Part shown: in pieces, positions 1-10,184 of the stretch
Position numbering within the stretch: the first letter of the stretch is position 1
How the letters are laid out: the number at the start of each line of letters is the position of its first letter
Source: Methanobacteriota archaeon
GTDB lineage: Archaea; Thermoplasmatota; Thermoplasmata; RBG-16-68-12
Length of the DNA stretch: 62,946 nucleotides
Direction: 5' to 3'
Assembly: GCA_005878615.1 (NCBI GenBank)
Contig: VBLT01000120.1
Span: 1-62,946, forward strand
The notes under the pieces: generated by a model
The model's input: the letters and a program-made list of their open reading frames with translations, nothing else
Told to the model about the DNA's origin: nothing
Database searches by the model: none
Made by a program: the position numbers and the translations under genes

Positions 1-66
1 CCCGGGGGCCGTATTAATAGTCTCCTCGCCGAGAATCTCCGGCGGCAGAAAAGGGACCGGCGCAGC

Positions 67-213
67 CTACTTCGCGGCGCCGATTCGCATGATCGTCGTA
101 CCGCAGACCGGGCATTTTCCTTTCATCGCGGGCTTGCCGTTTTTCAGCTTCACGGCCACCGCGCTGCTGATCTCCCGCTTTGCCCGGCACTTCACGCAAT
201 AGCCTTGGACCAT
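67..213 (-). CDS. small zinc-ribbon protein, DUF5679-like (48 aa)
   Basis: Internal ATG (cat at 211-213) of ORF 67..366. MVQGYCVKCRAK...GKCPVCGTTIMRI has two CxxC pairs typical of this small family. The upstream part of the ORF looks non-coding. Confidence 0.6.
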   Translation of the reverse strand: MVQGYCVKCRAKREISSAVAVKLKNGKPAMKGKCPVCGTTIMRIGAAK

Positions 214-350
214 GGGGGAATCACCGACGAGGCAACAGGTACCCCCTGATAAAAGGTGTGGTAGCGAAAAGGTCATTCCCCCCACCCGGTTGCGCAATAC
301 TTTTATAATGGGATTTTGATACAACTCGCAAGATTGGGAGCGGATCGGCT

Positions 351-761
351 GTGAGTGAGAAGCCAACTGCAGGTTTTGTTGTGTCTTTGATTGCGGGAAT
401 CTTCATTCTGCTTGGTGCCATCTTCATGATGGTCCTGTCGTCGATGATTGGCGGTTTCGCGCTTGGGGTCGGCGCGGGCGCCGCGGCGGGCATCTTCCTA
501 ATCTACGGGGCCGTCGGCCTCATCTTCGCAATTCTGGTCCTGGTCGGCGCCGTGATGTTGTGGATGAAACCGCAGAGCCACGTGGCGGCCGGCGTGATCA
601 TCCTGCTCTTCTCGCTGTTCAGCATCATCAGCGGAGGCGGGTTCATCATCGGGCTGATCTTGGGAATCGTCGGAGGCATCCTGGGCATCGTATGGAAGCC
701 GCCGGCACCGATGGCCCCCGGCATGATGCAGCCGATGCCACCGAGCATGCCGCCGCAATAG
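351..761 (+). CDS. small multi-pass membrane protein with P/M-rich C-terminal tail
   Basis: 136-aa ORF with a GTG start. Four hydrophobic G/A/I/L-rich segments. High third-position GC. Confidence 0.55.
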   Translation: MSEKPTAGFVVSLIAGIFILLGAIFMMVLSSMIGGFALGVGAGAAAGIFLIYGAVGLIFAILVLVGAVMLWMKPQSHVAAGVIILLFSLFSIISGGGFIIGLILGIVGGILGIVWKPPAPMAPGMMQPMPPSMPPQ

Positions 762-977
762 AACTGCGGACACGGTCGATCGAAGGGCGGCGGGGCGATC
801 CCCCGCCGCTCGCAACCTAACGGCGGGAGACAGGTTCGCGGAGAGGCGAAACCCGTTATCGGTTCTGATAGCTTCGGCGAAGCATAGTTATGGCATAGCC
901 GTCTCCCACGCTCGGCGTTTGAACTGGCCGCTTACCCCGTCTCTCCTGCCGCGCCGACCCGATCGCGTCCGATCGGG

Positions 978-1310
978 GTGACGATCCTCGCCGTCCTCAC
1001 GATCCTCGGGGGAGTCCTCCTCCTGCTCCTCGGCATCGTCGTGGTCGCCTTTTCGTCCTTGCTCGTCGGCGTCGGTCTCCCTCTCGGCTTCGGCCTGACC
1101 GGGAGCGTCCTGGGGGCGATCGTCCTCATCTTCGGGATCATCTGGATCGCGGTCGGCTCGGGTCTCCTGAACCTTCGACCATGGGCCTGGTGGCTGGCGA
1201 TCATCGTCATGGTCCTCTCGATCGTCGGGAGCATCGGCTCGCCGATTTCGGCGATTATCCCGGGTCTGATCCTGGTATACCTGATTCTTGTGCGGCACCA
1301 CTTCCGTTGA
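978..1310 (+). CDS. small multi-pass membrane protein
   Basis: 110-aa ORF that is almost entirely hydrophobic helices (ILGGVLLLLLGIVVVAF..., WAWWLAIIVMVLSIV...). Confidence 0.5.
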   Translation: MTILAVLTILGGVLLLLLGIVVVAFSSLLVGVGLPLGFGLTGSVLGAIVLIFGIIWIAVGSGLLNLRPWAWWLAIIVMVLSIVGSIGSPISAIIPGLILVYLILVRHHFR

Positions 1311-1379
1311 GCGGTCTCCTCTGGCGAGGGACGAAACCTTTTTAGAGGCCCGCCCTTTCGTCGCAACGGAGACGTTTTC

Positions 1380-1562
1380 GTGATTCTCACTCGTTTTGAG
1401 CGAGCCCGCATCCTCGGCGCCCGGGCGTTGCAGATTTCCCTCGGGGCGCCTTCGCTCCTCCTCTCCGAAGCGATCGCGGAGCCCCTCGATATCGCGATCC
1501 GCGAGCTCGCGTCGGGCCGTGGGCCCCTCAGCGTCTCGAGGTTCCGGGATGCCTTCGATTGA
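1380..1562 (+). CDS. rpoK: DNA-directed RNA polymerase subunit K (Rpo6/omega-like)
   Basis: [22 protein letters not shown] signature. Position immediately upstream of eno-rps2 matches the conserved archaeal arrangement. GTG start. Confidence 0.85.
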   Translation: MILTRFERARILGARALQISLGAPSLLLSEAIAEPLDIAIRELASGRGPLSVSRFRDAFD

Positions 1563-2760
1563 CGGGGCGGTCATCCGGAAGATCCTCGACAGCCGCGGGA
1601 ACCCGACCGTCGAAGTCGAGATTCGATCGGGGACCTTGGCCGGCCGGGTTGCAGCCCCGAGCGGCGCGAGCACCGGCGCCCACGAACCTCCCGCATGGCC
1701 CAAGGGCGGCGTCGACAAGGCGATCCAAATCTTTCGGTCCTCCATCGCGGGCCGGTTGAAAGGGCGGGACGTCGCGGACCAATCGGCCCTCGACCGGCTC
1801 CTCCGTGAGATCGACGGCACGCCGAACTTCGAGAAGATTGGCGCCAACACCGCGACCGCGACCTCGCTCGCATCGGCCAAGGCCGCGGCGGCGGCTGCGG
1901 GAAAACCGCTGTACCGATATCTCGCGGGCGCCGGCCGTCCCGTCATGCCGCTCCCCTTTGGGAACGTGATCGGGGGCGGCCGCCACGCCGTGGGCGGGAC
2001 GACGATCCAAGAATTCATGGTCGTCTCGCAGGGACCGACCTTGCAGGGCAATGTCTTCGCAAATGCCCGCGTGCATCAACACGTCCGCGACGCGCTGACG
2101 AAGAAGTTGCCCGATGTCCCGCTCGGGAGAGGCGATGAAGGCGCGTGGATTGCGCGCCTCGGCGACGAAGATGCGCTGGGCCTACTCGCCGACGTCTGCC
2201 GTGGCGTGCAAAAAGACGTCGGGTTCGCCGTTCGGCCCGCCTTGGACCTCGCGGCCTCCGAATTCTTCCGGGACGGAAAGTACCATTATCGCGACACGAC
2301 CCTCGCGCGAGGCGCCCAGGTCGATTTCGTCGAGCGCCTCGTGCGCGACTACGGCCTTTTCAGCGTCGAGGATCCGTTCGACCAGGAGGACTTCGATGCG
2401 TTCTCCGAGCTGACGAAGCGCGTCGGGACGCGCTGCAAGATCATCGGTGACGACATCTTCGTGACGAACGTCGAGCGCTTGCGTCGAGGAATCGAACTCC
2501 ATGCGGGCAACGCTATCCTTATTAAGCCGAACCAAATTGGGACGCTCTCCGACACGCGGGCGGCCGTGGACCTGGCCCATCGCTCCGGATTCGCGACCGT
2601 CATGTCGCATCGGTCCGGCGAGACGACAGACGACACGATCGCCCATCTCGCCGTCGCCTTCGGGTGCCTCGGCATCAAGACCGGCGCGGTCGGAGGCGAG
2701 CGGATCGCGAAGTTGAACGAGCTCATCCGGATCGAAGAGGAACTCCAGGCAGGCGCATGA
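1549..2760 (+). CDS. eno: enolase (phosphopyruvate hydratase)
   Basis: [25 protein letters not shown]... and [18 protein letters not shown] motifs. The start is taken at the internal ATG 1549 of ORF 1396..2760; the upstream 51 codons are S/R-rich and overlap rpoK. Confidence 0.95.
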   Translation: MPSIDGAVIRKILDSRGNPTVEVEIRSGTLAGRVAAPSGASTGAHEPPAWPKGGVDKAIQIFRSSIAGRLKGRDVADQSALDRLLREIDGTPNFEKIGANTATATSLASAKAAAAAAGKPLYRYLAGAGRPVMPLPFGNVIGGGRHAVGGTTIQEFMVVSQGPTLQGNVFANARVHQHVRDALTKKLPDVPLGRGDEGAWIARLGDEDALGLLADVCRGVQKDVGFAVRPALDLAASEFFRDGKYHYRDTTLARGAQVDFVERLVRDYGLFSVEDPFDQEDFDAFSELTKRVGTRCKIIGDDIFVTNVERLRRGIELHAGNAILIKPNQIGTLSDTRAAVDLAHRSGFATVMSHRSGETTDDTIAHLAVAFGCLGIKTGAVGGERIAKLNELIRIEEELQAGA

Positions 2761-3380
2761 TGCAGGAAGAGGAGCAGACCGGTGTCCAGGGACTCCTGGT
2801 CCCCGAGGACGTCTACCTGACGTCCGGCGTCCACATCGGCACGCAGCAGAAAAGCGCCGACATGAAGCCTTTCATCTACAAGGTGCGGATCGACGGCCTG
2901 TACGTCCTCGACATCAAGAAGACGGACACGCGGATCCGCGAGGCCGCGAAGTTCCTCGCGCGGTTCAAGCCGGAGAACACCCTCGTCGTGGCGGCGCGGC
3001 AATACGGACAGAAGCCCTCGCGGCTGTTCGCGAAGCAGATCGGGGCGAAGGTACTCGCGGGCCGCTTCGTCCCCGGAACCCTCACGAATCCGAATCTCCC
3101 GGAGTTCATCGAGCCCGAGGTGCTCGTCGTCACCGACCCGGCCGCGGATCAGCAGGCCCTCCGAGAGGCGCTGAACATCGGCATCCCGGTCGTCGCCTTG
3201 TGCGACGCGAACAACGAAACGCGCGACGTGGACCTCGTCATCCCGACGAACAACAAGGGGCGCCGGGCCCTGGCGACGATCTACTGGCTGCTCACCCGCG
3301 AGGTCGCCAAGGCCCGCGGAGCCCTGAAGTCGGACGAAGAGTTTACCTTGACGATCGATGATTACGAAGCGTCCCTCTGA
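2757..3380 (+). CDS. rps2: 30S ribosomal protein S2 (uS2)
   Basis: [33 protein letters not shown]... ATGA overlap with the eno stop at 2757-2760. Confidence 0.95.
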   Translation: MMQEEEQTGVQGLLVPEDVYLTSGVHIGTQQKSADMKPFIYKVRIDGLYVLDIKKTDTRIREAAKFLARFKPENTLVVAARQYGQKPSRLFAKQIGAKVLAGRFVPGTLTNPNLPEFIEPEVLVVTDPAADQQALREALNIGIPVVALCDANNETRDVDLVIPTNNKGRRALATIYWLLTREVAKARGALKSDEEFTLTIDDYEASL

Positions 3381-3391
3381 AGGGCGCCTCG

Positions 3392-4255
3392 ATGCGATAT
3401 CCGGCCGTGGCGGGAGCTTTCTACGAACGCTCGAAGGAGGCCCTCCTCCGCCAGGTTCGCGAGTGCTACACCCATCCGCTGGGTCCGGGCCGCGTCCCCA
3501 CGGTGCGGGCCGGCGAACGTCGGATCCTCGGGCTCGTCGTGCCGCACGCCGGCTACTTGTACTCGGGCCCGGTCGCCGCGCATGCGTATGCTGCGCTCGC
3601 GGCGGACGGCTGGCCCTCGTCCTTCGTGATCCTCGGCCCGAACCACCATGGCGCCGGGGCGCCGCTGGCGGTCACGAACCACGACTGGCAGACGCCCCTC
3701 GGGACCGTGCCCGTTGACCCGGAGGTGTATGCCCGACTCGCGAAGCCGCCCCTGGAGGACGACATCCGGGCGCACCGAGACGAGCACAGCATCGAAGTCC
3801 AGCTGCCCTTCCTGCAACAGCTGAAAGACGACCTGCGGTTCGTCCCCATCTGCATGGCCTTCCAGGAGTACGAAGTCGCGGCGGAGGTCGGCGGCCTCGT
3901 GGCCGACGCCGCGAAGGGACGGGATTGCGTCGTCATCGCGTCCTCCGACTTCACCCACGTCGGCCCGCAGTACTTCCAGCTGCCCACGCGCGGGCTGACC
4001 GCACCGGCCTTCGCGAAGGAGCAGGACGCCAAGGCGATCGAGAGGATCCTCGCCCTCGACCCGAAGGGATTCTCAGGGAAAGTGGCCCAATCGGAGATCT
4101 CGATGTGCGGGTACGGCCCCGTGGCCGCGATGCTGACGGCTACAAAACAGCTAGGTGCCAAGGCCGCGACCCTCCTGAAGTACGGGACCTCGAGCGACGT
4201 GAGCCACGACGGGCGCACGGCCGTCGGCTACGGGGCGATCGCGGTCTACCGCTGA
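3392..4255 (+). CDS. MEMO1-family protein (AmmeMemoRadiSam system protein B)
   Basis: MRYPAVAGAFYE..., VVPHAGYLYSGPVAAHAY, HSIEVQLPFLQ motifs. Confidence 0.85.
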   Translation: MRYPAVAGAFYERSKEALLRQVRECYTHPLGPGRVPTVRAGERRILGLVVPHAGYLYSGPVAAHAYAALAADGWPSSFVILGPNHHGAGAPLAVTNHDWQTPLGTVPVDPEVYARLAKPPLEDDIRAHRDEHSIEVQLPFLQQLKDDLRFVPICMAFQEYEVAAEVGGLVADAAKGRDCVVIASSDFTHVGPQYFQLPTRGLTAPAFAKEQDAKAIERILALDPKGFSGKVAQSEISMCGYGPVAAMLTATKQLGAKAATLLKYGTSSDVSHDGRTAVGYGAIAVYR

Positions 4256-4551
4256 TCCGTCTCCGCGTCGATCCAGTCGAGGTACGCGGGCAGGGCGGGC
4301 CCCATCGGGTAGGAGACGATGCACGGGACCTCGTGCGGATGGAGCCCGCGGACCGCCGCGATGAGCTTCCGGAGGAGCGCCTTCCGCGTCTTGAAGACGA
4401 TCACGAATTCGCCGGTCTCCTCGCGATGTCCGCGCCACCGGTAGATCGATTCGACGGGCCAGAGGTTCGCACAGGCCGCCAGGCGCCGTTCCACGATCGT
4501 CCGTGCGATCTTGCGCGCGGTCGTCCGGTCCGGAGCCGTCACGTACGCCAT
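4246..4551 (-). CDS. cutA: divalent-cation tolerance protein CutA
   Basis: Internal ATG at 4551 of ORF 4246..4734. AYVTAPDRTTARKIARTIVERRLAACANLWPVESIYRWRG is a typical CutA1 sequence. Confidence 0.85.
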   Translation of the reverse strand: MAYVTAPDRTTARKIARTIVERRLAACANLWPVESIYRWRGHREETGEFVIVFKTRKALLRKLIAAVRGLHPHEVPCIVSYPMGPALPAYLDWIDAETDQR

Positions 4552-4669
4552 CGCATGCGGTCCCCGTCGACGCGCCACTCTCGTACCTCTCACTCCCGGT
4601 ATCAGGGTCAGGAACAGGAATGGCCTCGACGGCCTTTTAAGTGGACGTCCTCGTGGGTACGACGGTCCC

Positions 4670-5053
4670 ATGCCCGTCGTGACGATGTCCGAGACGGTCG
4701 CCGCCCTTCGGGCCACGGTGGGCAAGCGCGGCATGTCGGAGGACGACCTGCGGGCCCTGGCCGACTACCTGATGTCCTTCTTCGGGTTCGAGACGGAGGC
4801 GATCGACAACAACCTCGACGTGGCGGACCGCGACGTCTTCTACATGCTCGAGGAAGCGGGCCTCCTGACGACACGGCAGGAAGAGGTCATGATCAAGAAG
4901 GGCAAGATGTGGCGCATCCACTACTGGATCCTCCGCGTGGAGCGCATCAAGACGCTCGCGAAGCCGCAGCGTCCAAAGGCCGAGCCCTCCGCCTTCGCGG
5001 TGTACGACGACTTGCCCGACGACATCTGGAACCGCCAAGTGACCGCGAGATAG
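4670..5053 (+). CDS. conserved hypothetical protein (127 aa)
   Basis: Internal ATG 4670 of ORF 4511..5053. Protein-like composition (LADYLMSFFGFETEAIDNNLDVADRDVFYMLEEAGLL). No family recognised with certainty. Confidence 0.5.
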   Translation: MPVVTMSETVAALRATVGKRGMSEDDLRALADYLMSFFGFETEAIDNNLDVADRDVFYMLEEAGLLTTRQEEVMIKKGKMWRIHYWILRVERIKTLAKPQRPKAEPSAFAVYDDLPDDIWNRQVTAR

Positions 5054-5089
5054 GTTGAAATATTCCCGAAGGTTCGTTCGGAGCCGCGC

Positions 5090-6436
5090 ATGGCCGTCCT
5101 CGATTCCATCCTGATCGCGGCGGCCGCGATCGTCCTCTGGTGCCTCCTGCTCTACGTGCTCCAGAGTCGGGGGCTCCTCGAGCGTCGGGGCCTGTCGCCT
5201 TCGCCTCCGCCCGCCGGGCCGTTCCTCATGTGGAAGACCGTCCGCGGGAGGCAGCTCATCGACCGCATCGCGCGGCGGAACGTGTTCTGGCGATGGTTCG
5301 GCGACCTCGCGATCGTCCTGGTCGCGGTCACCATGGTCGGGACGACCTTGCTCCTCCTGTGGGAGGCGACCTTGGTCCAAAGTTCGGCGGTCCGCGCGAA
5401 TCCTCCCTCCCCCGAACTCCTCCTCGGCCTTCCGGGGATCAACCCGATCATCCCGGTCGGCTACGGGATCTTCGGCCTGGCCGTGGCGATCATCCTCCAC
5501 GAGTTCTCGCATGGGATCCTCGCGCGCGTCGCCAAGATCCGGATTCGGTCCCTCGGCCTGATCTTCCTGATCTTTCCGATCGGCGCCTTCGTCGAGCCGG
5601 ATGAAGAGGAGCTGCGGGCCCTCCCGCGGCGGGACCGGGCCCGCCTGTTCGCCGCGGGGCCGGCGACGAACATCGTCCTGGCGATCCTCTTCGCGGTGAT
5701 CTTCTCCTCCGTCATGGCGACGTCGGTCCAGCCGGTCCACGACGGCGTCGGCATCGTCGCGTTTCCCCAGAACACGGCGTCTCCGGCGCAGGCCGCCGGG
5801 ATGCAGCCCTTCACGGTCATCACGAGCATCAACGGGCACGACATCCACACGTTCACGGACTTCACCTCGGCCCTCGCGCAGGCGCCGCTCAACCAATCGA
5901 TCCCGGTCGTCGCGTACGATCCGTCCACGGGCGCGAGCACGAACTATTCCGTCATCCTGACGGAACGGAGGGCCGAAACTGGCCGGGCCGTCCTGGGGAT
6001 CCTCGCGTTCGACATGGACACGAGCTACTATCATCCCTTGACGAACCCGGATCGCTTCAACGGCATCCCCGGCGCCATTCTCACCTACATCTCGCTCCCC
6101 TTCCAGGGCCGCTCGCCGATCGATGAACCGACGGTGCGGTTCTACCGCATCACGGGGCTCGCGGCCGCCGTGCCCGCGCCGTTGTTCTGGCTGCTCGCGA
6201 ACACCGCGTACTGGCTCTTCTGGCTGAACGCCATGCTCGGCGCGACGAACGCCCTCCCCGCGGTGCCGCTCGATGGCGGCTACATCTTCAAGGACGGGAT
6301 CGAGGGCTTCCTGTCCCGCATTCGAAAGGGCATCCCCACGGAGCAGCGCGACCGGATCGTGCGGAGCGTGAGCTACAGCTTCGCGTTCCTCATCCTCGGC
6401 CTCGTCCTGTGGCAATTCATCGGGCCGCGGATTTGA
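5090..6436 (+). CDS. site-2 protease family (M50) membrane metalloprotease with PDZ-like insert
   Basis: HEFSHGILARV (HExxH) and NALPAVPLDGG (LDG motif). Multiple TM segments. Confidence 0.85.
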   Translation: MAVLDSILIAAAAIVLWCLLLYVLQSRGLLERRGLSPSPPPAGPFLMWKTVRGRQLIDRIARRNVFWRWFGDLAIVLVAVTMVGTTLLLLWEATLVQSSAVRANPPSPELLLGLPGINPIIPVGYGIFGLAVAIILHEFSHGILARVAKIRIRSLGLIFLIFPIGAFVEPDEEELRALPRRDRARLFAAGPATNIVLAILFAVIFSSVMATSVQPVHDGVGIVAFPQNTASPAQAAGMQPFTVITSINGHDIHTFTDFTSALAQAPLNQSIPVVAYDPSTGASTNYSVILTERRAETGRAVLGILAFDMDTSYYHPLTNPDRFNGIPGAILTYISLPFQGRSPIDEPTVRFYRITGLAAAVPAPLFWLLANTAYWLFWLNAMLGATNALPAVPLDGGYIFKDGIEGFLSRIRKGIPTEQRDRIVRSVSYSFAFLILGLVLWQFIGPRI

Positions 6437-6442
6437 CTTCCG

Positions 6443-6763
6443 TCAGGGACCGCCTTCGGACGCGACGAGCCCGATGACGCCGGCGACGATCGAGAGAATC
6501 GAGCCGATCTGATTCAACTGGAGGATCAAGGCCACGACTCCGAGGATGATGTCGAGCAGTCCGCCCGAACCGTACTTGCTGCGGTAGATCAACAAGCTCG
6601 CCGCGAGGATCGCGATCCCGAGGACGAGGGGGACGAGCGCCGACAAGATCGCGGCGAGGTCGGAGACCCCCCGAAAGCCCCGGACAGCCTCATTGAGGAT
6701 CAGCAGGCCTCCCACGAGGCCGATGAGCAGGGCGATCAACGCGAGTAGCCGTTTCTCAGTCAT
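6443..6763 (-). CDS. small membrane protein
   Basis: 106-aa ORF with three hydrophobic helices. Confidence 0.5.
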   Translation of the reverse strand: MTEKRLLALIALLIGLVGGLLILNEAVRGFRGVSDLAAILSALVPLVLGIAILAASLLIYRSKYGSGGLLDIILGVVALILQLNQIGSILSIVAGVIGLVASEGGP

Positions 6764-6790
6764 ACGGTCCGGCGAACTCCGGAAAGGGCT

Positions 6791-7645
6791 TCAGCCTTTC
6801 TCCAGTCCCCCGACCCCCCAGATTCCGCGAGGATCGCCCGCGAACTCGTCGGTCCCCCACACCATCCGGAGGGCGCGGAAAACTTCCGCAAAGCGGAGCC
6901 CGCGGACGAACTCGAGGAGCGCGTCGTTCGCAGACGGGCCGCTGAAGGCGACCTCGGAAACGCCCGCCGCCAGGACGACGGTGTGGAAAAGGTCTCGAGC
7001 GACCGTCTCCCGCCCGGGCGCCACGACCCAAGGGCCGATCTCACATGCCTCGCCGCTCGGGTTTCCGACGATGACGCCTTGGATCGCGCCGCGCCGTTCG
7101 GCGATCAGAAAGGTCGCAGGCACCTCGTCCACGAGACGATCGAGCAAGGCGCGACGATTCGCTCCGAAATACGCTTGGTCCCACCGCGCCAAGGCTTCCA
7201 GGTCGTCCAGGCGAACCGGCCGGACGGTCCCGAGTCTACCTCTCGTACCCGGAGGCCCGTGCCAGCGGATGACCTCGTATTCGCGACGAAATCCGAGGCG
7301 CTCGTAGAACGGGATCGCGTTCAGGTAGGCATTGAGGCGCACGGACCGGACTCCCTTCCCGCGGAGGTGCTCCAAGGCCGCGTCCATCATCGCCTTCCCG
7401 ATCCCCTTGCCGCGAAGCTCCGGAGTCACGATGACGGCCCCGAGCCAAGCGACGGCGTCGTAGGTCGTCGTCGTCAGGACGCCGACGACGCGCCCGTTCG
7501 ACTCCGCCGCGAAACATCCGTCGGGCGAAAGCGCCAGCAACCGTCGGAAGTCCGCGCGGGTGTAACCCCAATGTTCGAGGTCGGTCAGGGCGATGGCGGC
7601 GTCGATGTCGCGGTCGGTGAGCCGTCGGACGTTCGCTGCTTCCAC
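6791..7645 (-). CDS. GNAT-family N-acetyltransferase (two-domain)
   Basis: AVIVTPELRGKGIGKAMMDAAL acetyl-CoA-binding motif. The start is set at GTG 7645 (VEAANVRRLTDRDID); upstream codons of ORF 6791..7792 are R-rich and non-protein-like. Confidence 0.75.
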   Translation of the reverse strand: MEAANVRRLTDRDIDAAIALTDLEHWGYTRADFRRLLALSPDGCFAAESNGRVVGVLTTTTYDAVAWLGAVIVTPELRGKGIGKAMMDAALEHLRGKGVRSVRLNAYLNAIPFYERLGFRREYEVIRWHGPPGTRGRLGTVRPVRLDDLEALARWDQAYFGANRRALLDRLVDEVPATFLIAERRGAIQGVIVGNPSGEACEIGPWVVAPGRETVARDLFHTVVLAAGVSEVAFSGPSANDALLEFVRGLRFAEVFRALRMVWGTDEFAGDPRGIWGVGGLEKG

Positions 7646-7827
7646 ATCGTCACCCGTCGCTCGAGCTCCTCGAGCTCGTCGCACTCGTGGTAACCGTAGG
7701 TGACGTATCGCTTTTCCTTCCGGAAATGCTTGTACATGCAGGGGCCGTACTCGTCGTCCTCTTGCCCGTACCACTTGTCGCAGTCCTTGCACAGGTGCTT
7801 CTGCGGCAGCTGCGCTTGGAGTTCCAC
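7585..7827 (-). CDS. small Cys/His-rich protein (80 aa), putative zinc-binding
   Basis: It occupies the frame of shadow ORF 7585..8484. The GTG start overlaps the infB TAG stop (TAGTG). HLCKDCDKWYGQEDDEYGPCMYKHFRKEKRYVTYGYHECDE has very high GC3. The last ~20 codons overlap the GNAT start. Confidence 0.45.
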   Translation of the reverse strand: MELQAQLPQKHLCKDCDKWYGQEDDEYGPCMYKHFRKEKRYVTYGYHECDELEELERRVTMWKQRTSDGSPTATSTPPSP

Positions 7828-9587
7828 TACATGCCCCAAAACGGGTCCTCCTTTCGTTTGATCTTCGCGAGTTCTTCGAGGGCGGCGACCTCGTCCGGGT
7901 TCAGGTCCTTCCGGCCGCGGAGGGCCCGGGCGTCCGCCTCGGGGAGGTCCACGTAGAGGACGTCGCCGGGCTCGATCTGTCGGCCGATCGTGACCCCGTC
8001 GACGGAGACCGCGACCTCCTGTCCCGCGCTCGCTCCGTCGAGGCTCTTCTCGCCGCTCCGGATCGCCTTGATCCGACCGAGGGTCCGTCCGTCTTTCCGC
8101 ACGAGCGATTCCCCGCTCCGGATGCGCCCGGCGAGGACGCGCACGCCGAAGATCGCGGGCTTCGAGGTCCGGAAGATGTGGTCCGGCAGGAACAGTAGCT
8201 TCGCCGGGTACGCGATTTCCTTGCGGCTCGCCTCCTCCAGCTGCCGCTTCCGCTCGTCCCGCCAGGCCTGGTAGTCTTCGATCAGGCGGTAGATGATGTC
8301 GCTCTCCAGCAGCTTGACGTCGTCGAGTTCCTGCAGCGCGACCTTGGCGTCCGGGAGGATCTCCAGGTTGAAGGCGAGGATCGCGCGGTGGAGCGGGTTC
8401 TTGACCGTCGCGGCGTCCGTCACGTCGCGCCGGGAGACGGGCCCGAGGCGCGCGAACTTGATCGGGATGCCCGCCTGCTTGCATTCGTAGGCGAGGCCTT
8501 CGAGGGAGCCGATTGCGTCCGCCTTCACGAGGATCCCGTCGTCCTGCGTCTCGATGTGGACCTGCGACTCCTTCGCGACCTCCTCGATCGCCGCGGCGAG
8601 GTCGCCCTTCGCGGCCCGGAGGGGTGCACCCGCGACCGCGCGTTCGAGCCCGCTGCCGAGGATCTTGACGCCGGCCGCGGCGGAGACGGACGGGACGGAA
8701 TCGAAGCGCTCCTGCGGGTCGCGGATCTCGTCGAGCGGCTTCGGCTTCAGGAGGGCCTTCACCTTCGTGGTGCCTGGCTTCCCGGTCGTCCCGAACACGA
8801 TCGTGTCGCCTTTCGACAAGCTGCTTTGGTAGAGGATCGCGTCGACGGTCGTCCCCAGGCCCTTTTCCTCCTTGACCTCGAGGATCGTGCCGACCGCGGG
8901 CCCTTCCGTCGCGGCGAGCTGGGATTCCAGGAACCGCTGCGCCAGGCCGATGAGTGTGAGGAGGAGGTCGGGGACTCCCTCGCCGAACTTCGCGCTCACC
9001 GGCACGACGGCGATGTTCGTCGTGAAGTCGGCGACACGGTCGTATCGCTCCGCCGAGAATCCATGTTCGAAGAGGCGGCCGATCAGCTCGTACATGCGCT
9101 TGTCGAGCTCGTCCCGGACGGACTCCGCTTGGTCCCGATAGGAGACGACGAAGGGCTGGCCCTCATGCTTCCGCCATCCGGGCACGAGGTCGATCTTGTT
9201 GGCCGCGACGACGAACGGCGTCTTGTACCGTTTCAGGATGTTCAGGCTCTCGATTGTCTGCGGCCGGAACCCCTCGTTGACGTCGATGACGAGGACCGCG
9301 AGATCCGCGAGGGCTCCGCCGCGGGCCCGCAAGGTCGAGAAGGCGACGTGACCGGGCGTGTCGATGAACAAGAGGCCGGGGATTCGAAACGACTTGCCCT
9401 TCACCAGGTCGCCGCACATCTCCAGGATCGCCGAAAGCGGGACCTCCGTGGCGCCGATATGTTGGGTGATGCCTCCGGCCTCGCGGCCTGCGACGCCGGT
9501 CCCGCGGATCCGGTCGAGCAACGTGGTCTTCCCGTGGTCCACGTGCCCGAGGACGGAGACGATGGGCTGGCGGATGGAGGGGGCCAT
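7827..9587 (-). CDS. infB: translation initiation factor aIF5B (IF-2)
   Basis: VLGHVDHGKTTLLDRIRGT, DTPGH and NKID GTPase motifs. 586 aa. Conserved position after ndk. Confidence 0.95.
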   Translation of the reverse strand: MAPSIRQPIVSVLGHVDHGKTTLLDRIRGTGVAGREAGGITQHIGATEVPLSAILEMCGDLVKGKSFRIPGLLFIDTPGHVAFSTLRARGGALADLAVLVIDVNEGFRPQTIESLNILKRYKTPFVVAANKIDLVPGWRKHEGQPFVVSYRDQAESVRDELDKRMYELIGRLFEHGFSAERYDRVADFTTNIAVVPVSAKFGEGVPDLLLTLIGLAQRFLESQLAATEGPAVGTILEVKEEKGLGTTVDAILYQSSLSKGDTIVFGTTGKPGTTKVKALLKPKPLDEIRDPQERFDSVPSVSAAAGVKILGSGLERAVAGAPLRAAKGDLAAAIEEVAKESQVHIETQDDGILVKADAIGSLEGLAYECKQAGIPIKFARLGPVSRRDVTDAATVKNPLHRAILAFNLEILPDAKVALQELDDVKLLESDIIYRLIEDYQAWRDERKRQLEEASRKEIAYPAKLLFLPDHIFRTSKPAIFGVRVLAGRIRSGESLVRKDGRTLGRIKAIRSGEKSLDGASAGQEVAVSVDGVTIGRQIEPGDVLYVDLPEADARALRGRKDLNPDEVAALEELAKIKRKEDPFWGM

Positions 9588-9635
9588 ACGCCGCGCATCA
9601 AGAATCCGACGCTACTTGAAGGTTCGTCCCTCGGC

Positions 9636-10136
9636 TCAGTAGTGGTCTGGGACCGGGCCACCCCACTCTTCCTCCGGATGGTCGTAGAGGCAGAAGAAAA
9701 TCCCGTCCGGGTCCTGGATGTAGACAATGCGGTGGCCGCTCCGGCCAAGCCAAACATCCTCCTCCATGAGTTTCCGGAATTTCGGATCCTCTTTCAGTTT
9801 CGCGACCGCCGGTCGATTGACCCAGAGCTTCTTCGTCGCCGGGAGGATGCCGAGCTTCTTGAGCCGCTCCATCGTCTCCGGCACGCTCTTGACACGGACC
9901 TCGAAGTGGTCCAACGACTCCCCCACGACGTAGGGAGCCCAGAAGGGATTGCTCTCCGCGTACCAATTGAGCTCCAGCCGCTGGCCGGAATGCCGATCCT
10001 TGAACAGGACGTACGTGCTCTCGACGTCCCCGCCGCGGTCGATCTCTTCGAGATCGAAGACCTTCGTGTAAAAATCGATGGACTTCTCCAAATTGGTGAC
10101 GCGAATTCCAACGTCGCCGAGCCAGAGGTCGTGCAT
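9636..10136 (-). CDS. VOC/glyoxalase-family protein
   Basis: GIRVTNLEKSIDFYTKVFDL... HFEVRV... IQDPDGIFFCLY pattern of paired beta-alpha-beta-beta-beta modules. Confidence 0.65.
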   Translation of the reverse strand: MHDLWLGDVGIRVTNLEKSIDFYTKVFDLEEIDRGGDVESTYVLFKDRHSGQRLELNWYAESNPFWAPYVVGESLDHFEVRVKSVPETMERLKKLGILPATKKLWVNRPAVAKLKEDPKFRKLMEEDVWLGRSGHRIVYIQDPDGIFFCLYDHPEEEWGGPVPDHY

Positions 10137-10184
10137 GATCAGCGAGGGGTCGCCCCGACCGAAGAACGTTTCCCCGGCATTTGG

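Noticed and set aside
786-808. GC-rich 9-bp hairpin (GCGGCGGGG-cgatc-CCCCGCCGC) after the first membrane-protein gene, considered as a terminator.
   Set aside because: No oligo-T tract follows it, and such GC hairpins arise easily in this composition. It is not called as a terminator.
1396-1548. 51-codon N-terminal extension of enolase.
   Set aside because: The extension is S/R-rich and overlaps rpoK. Canonical enolase N-terminal conservation begins at ATG 1549.
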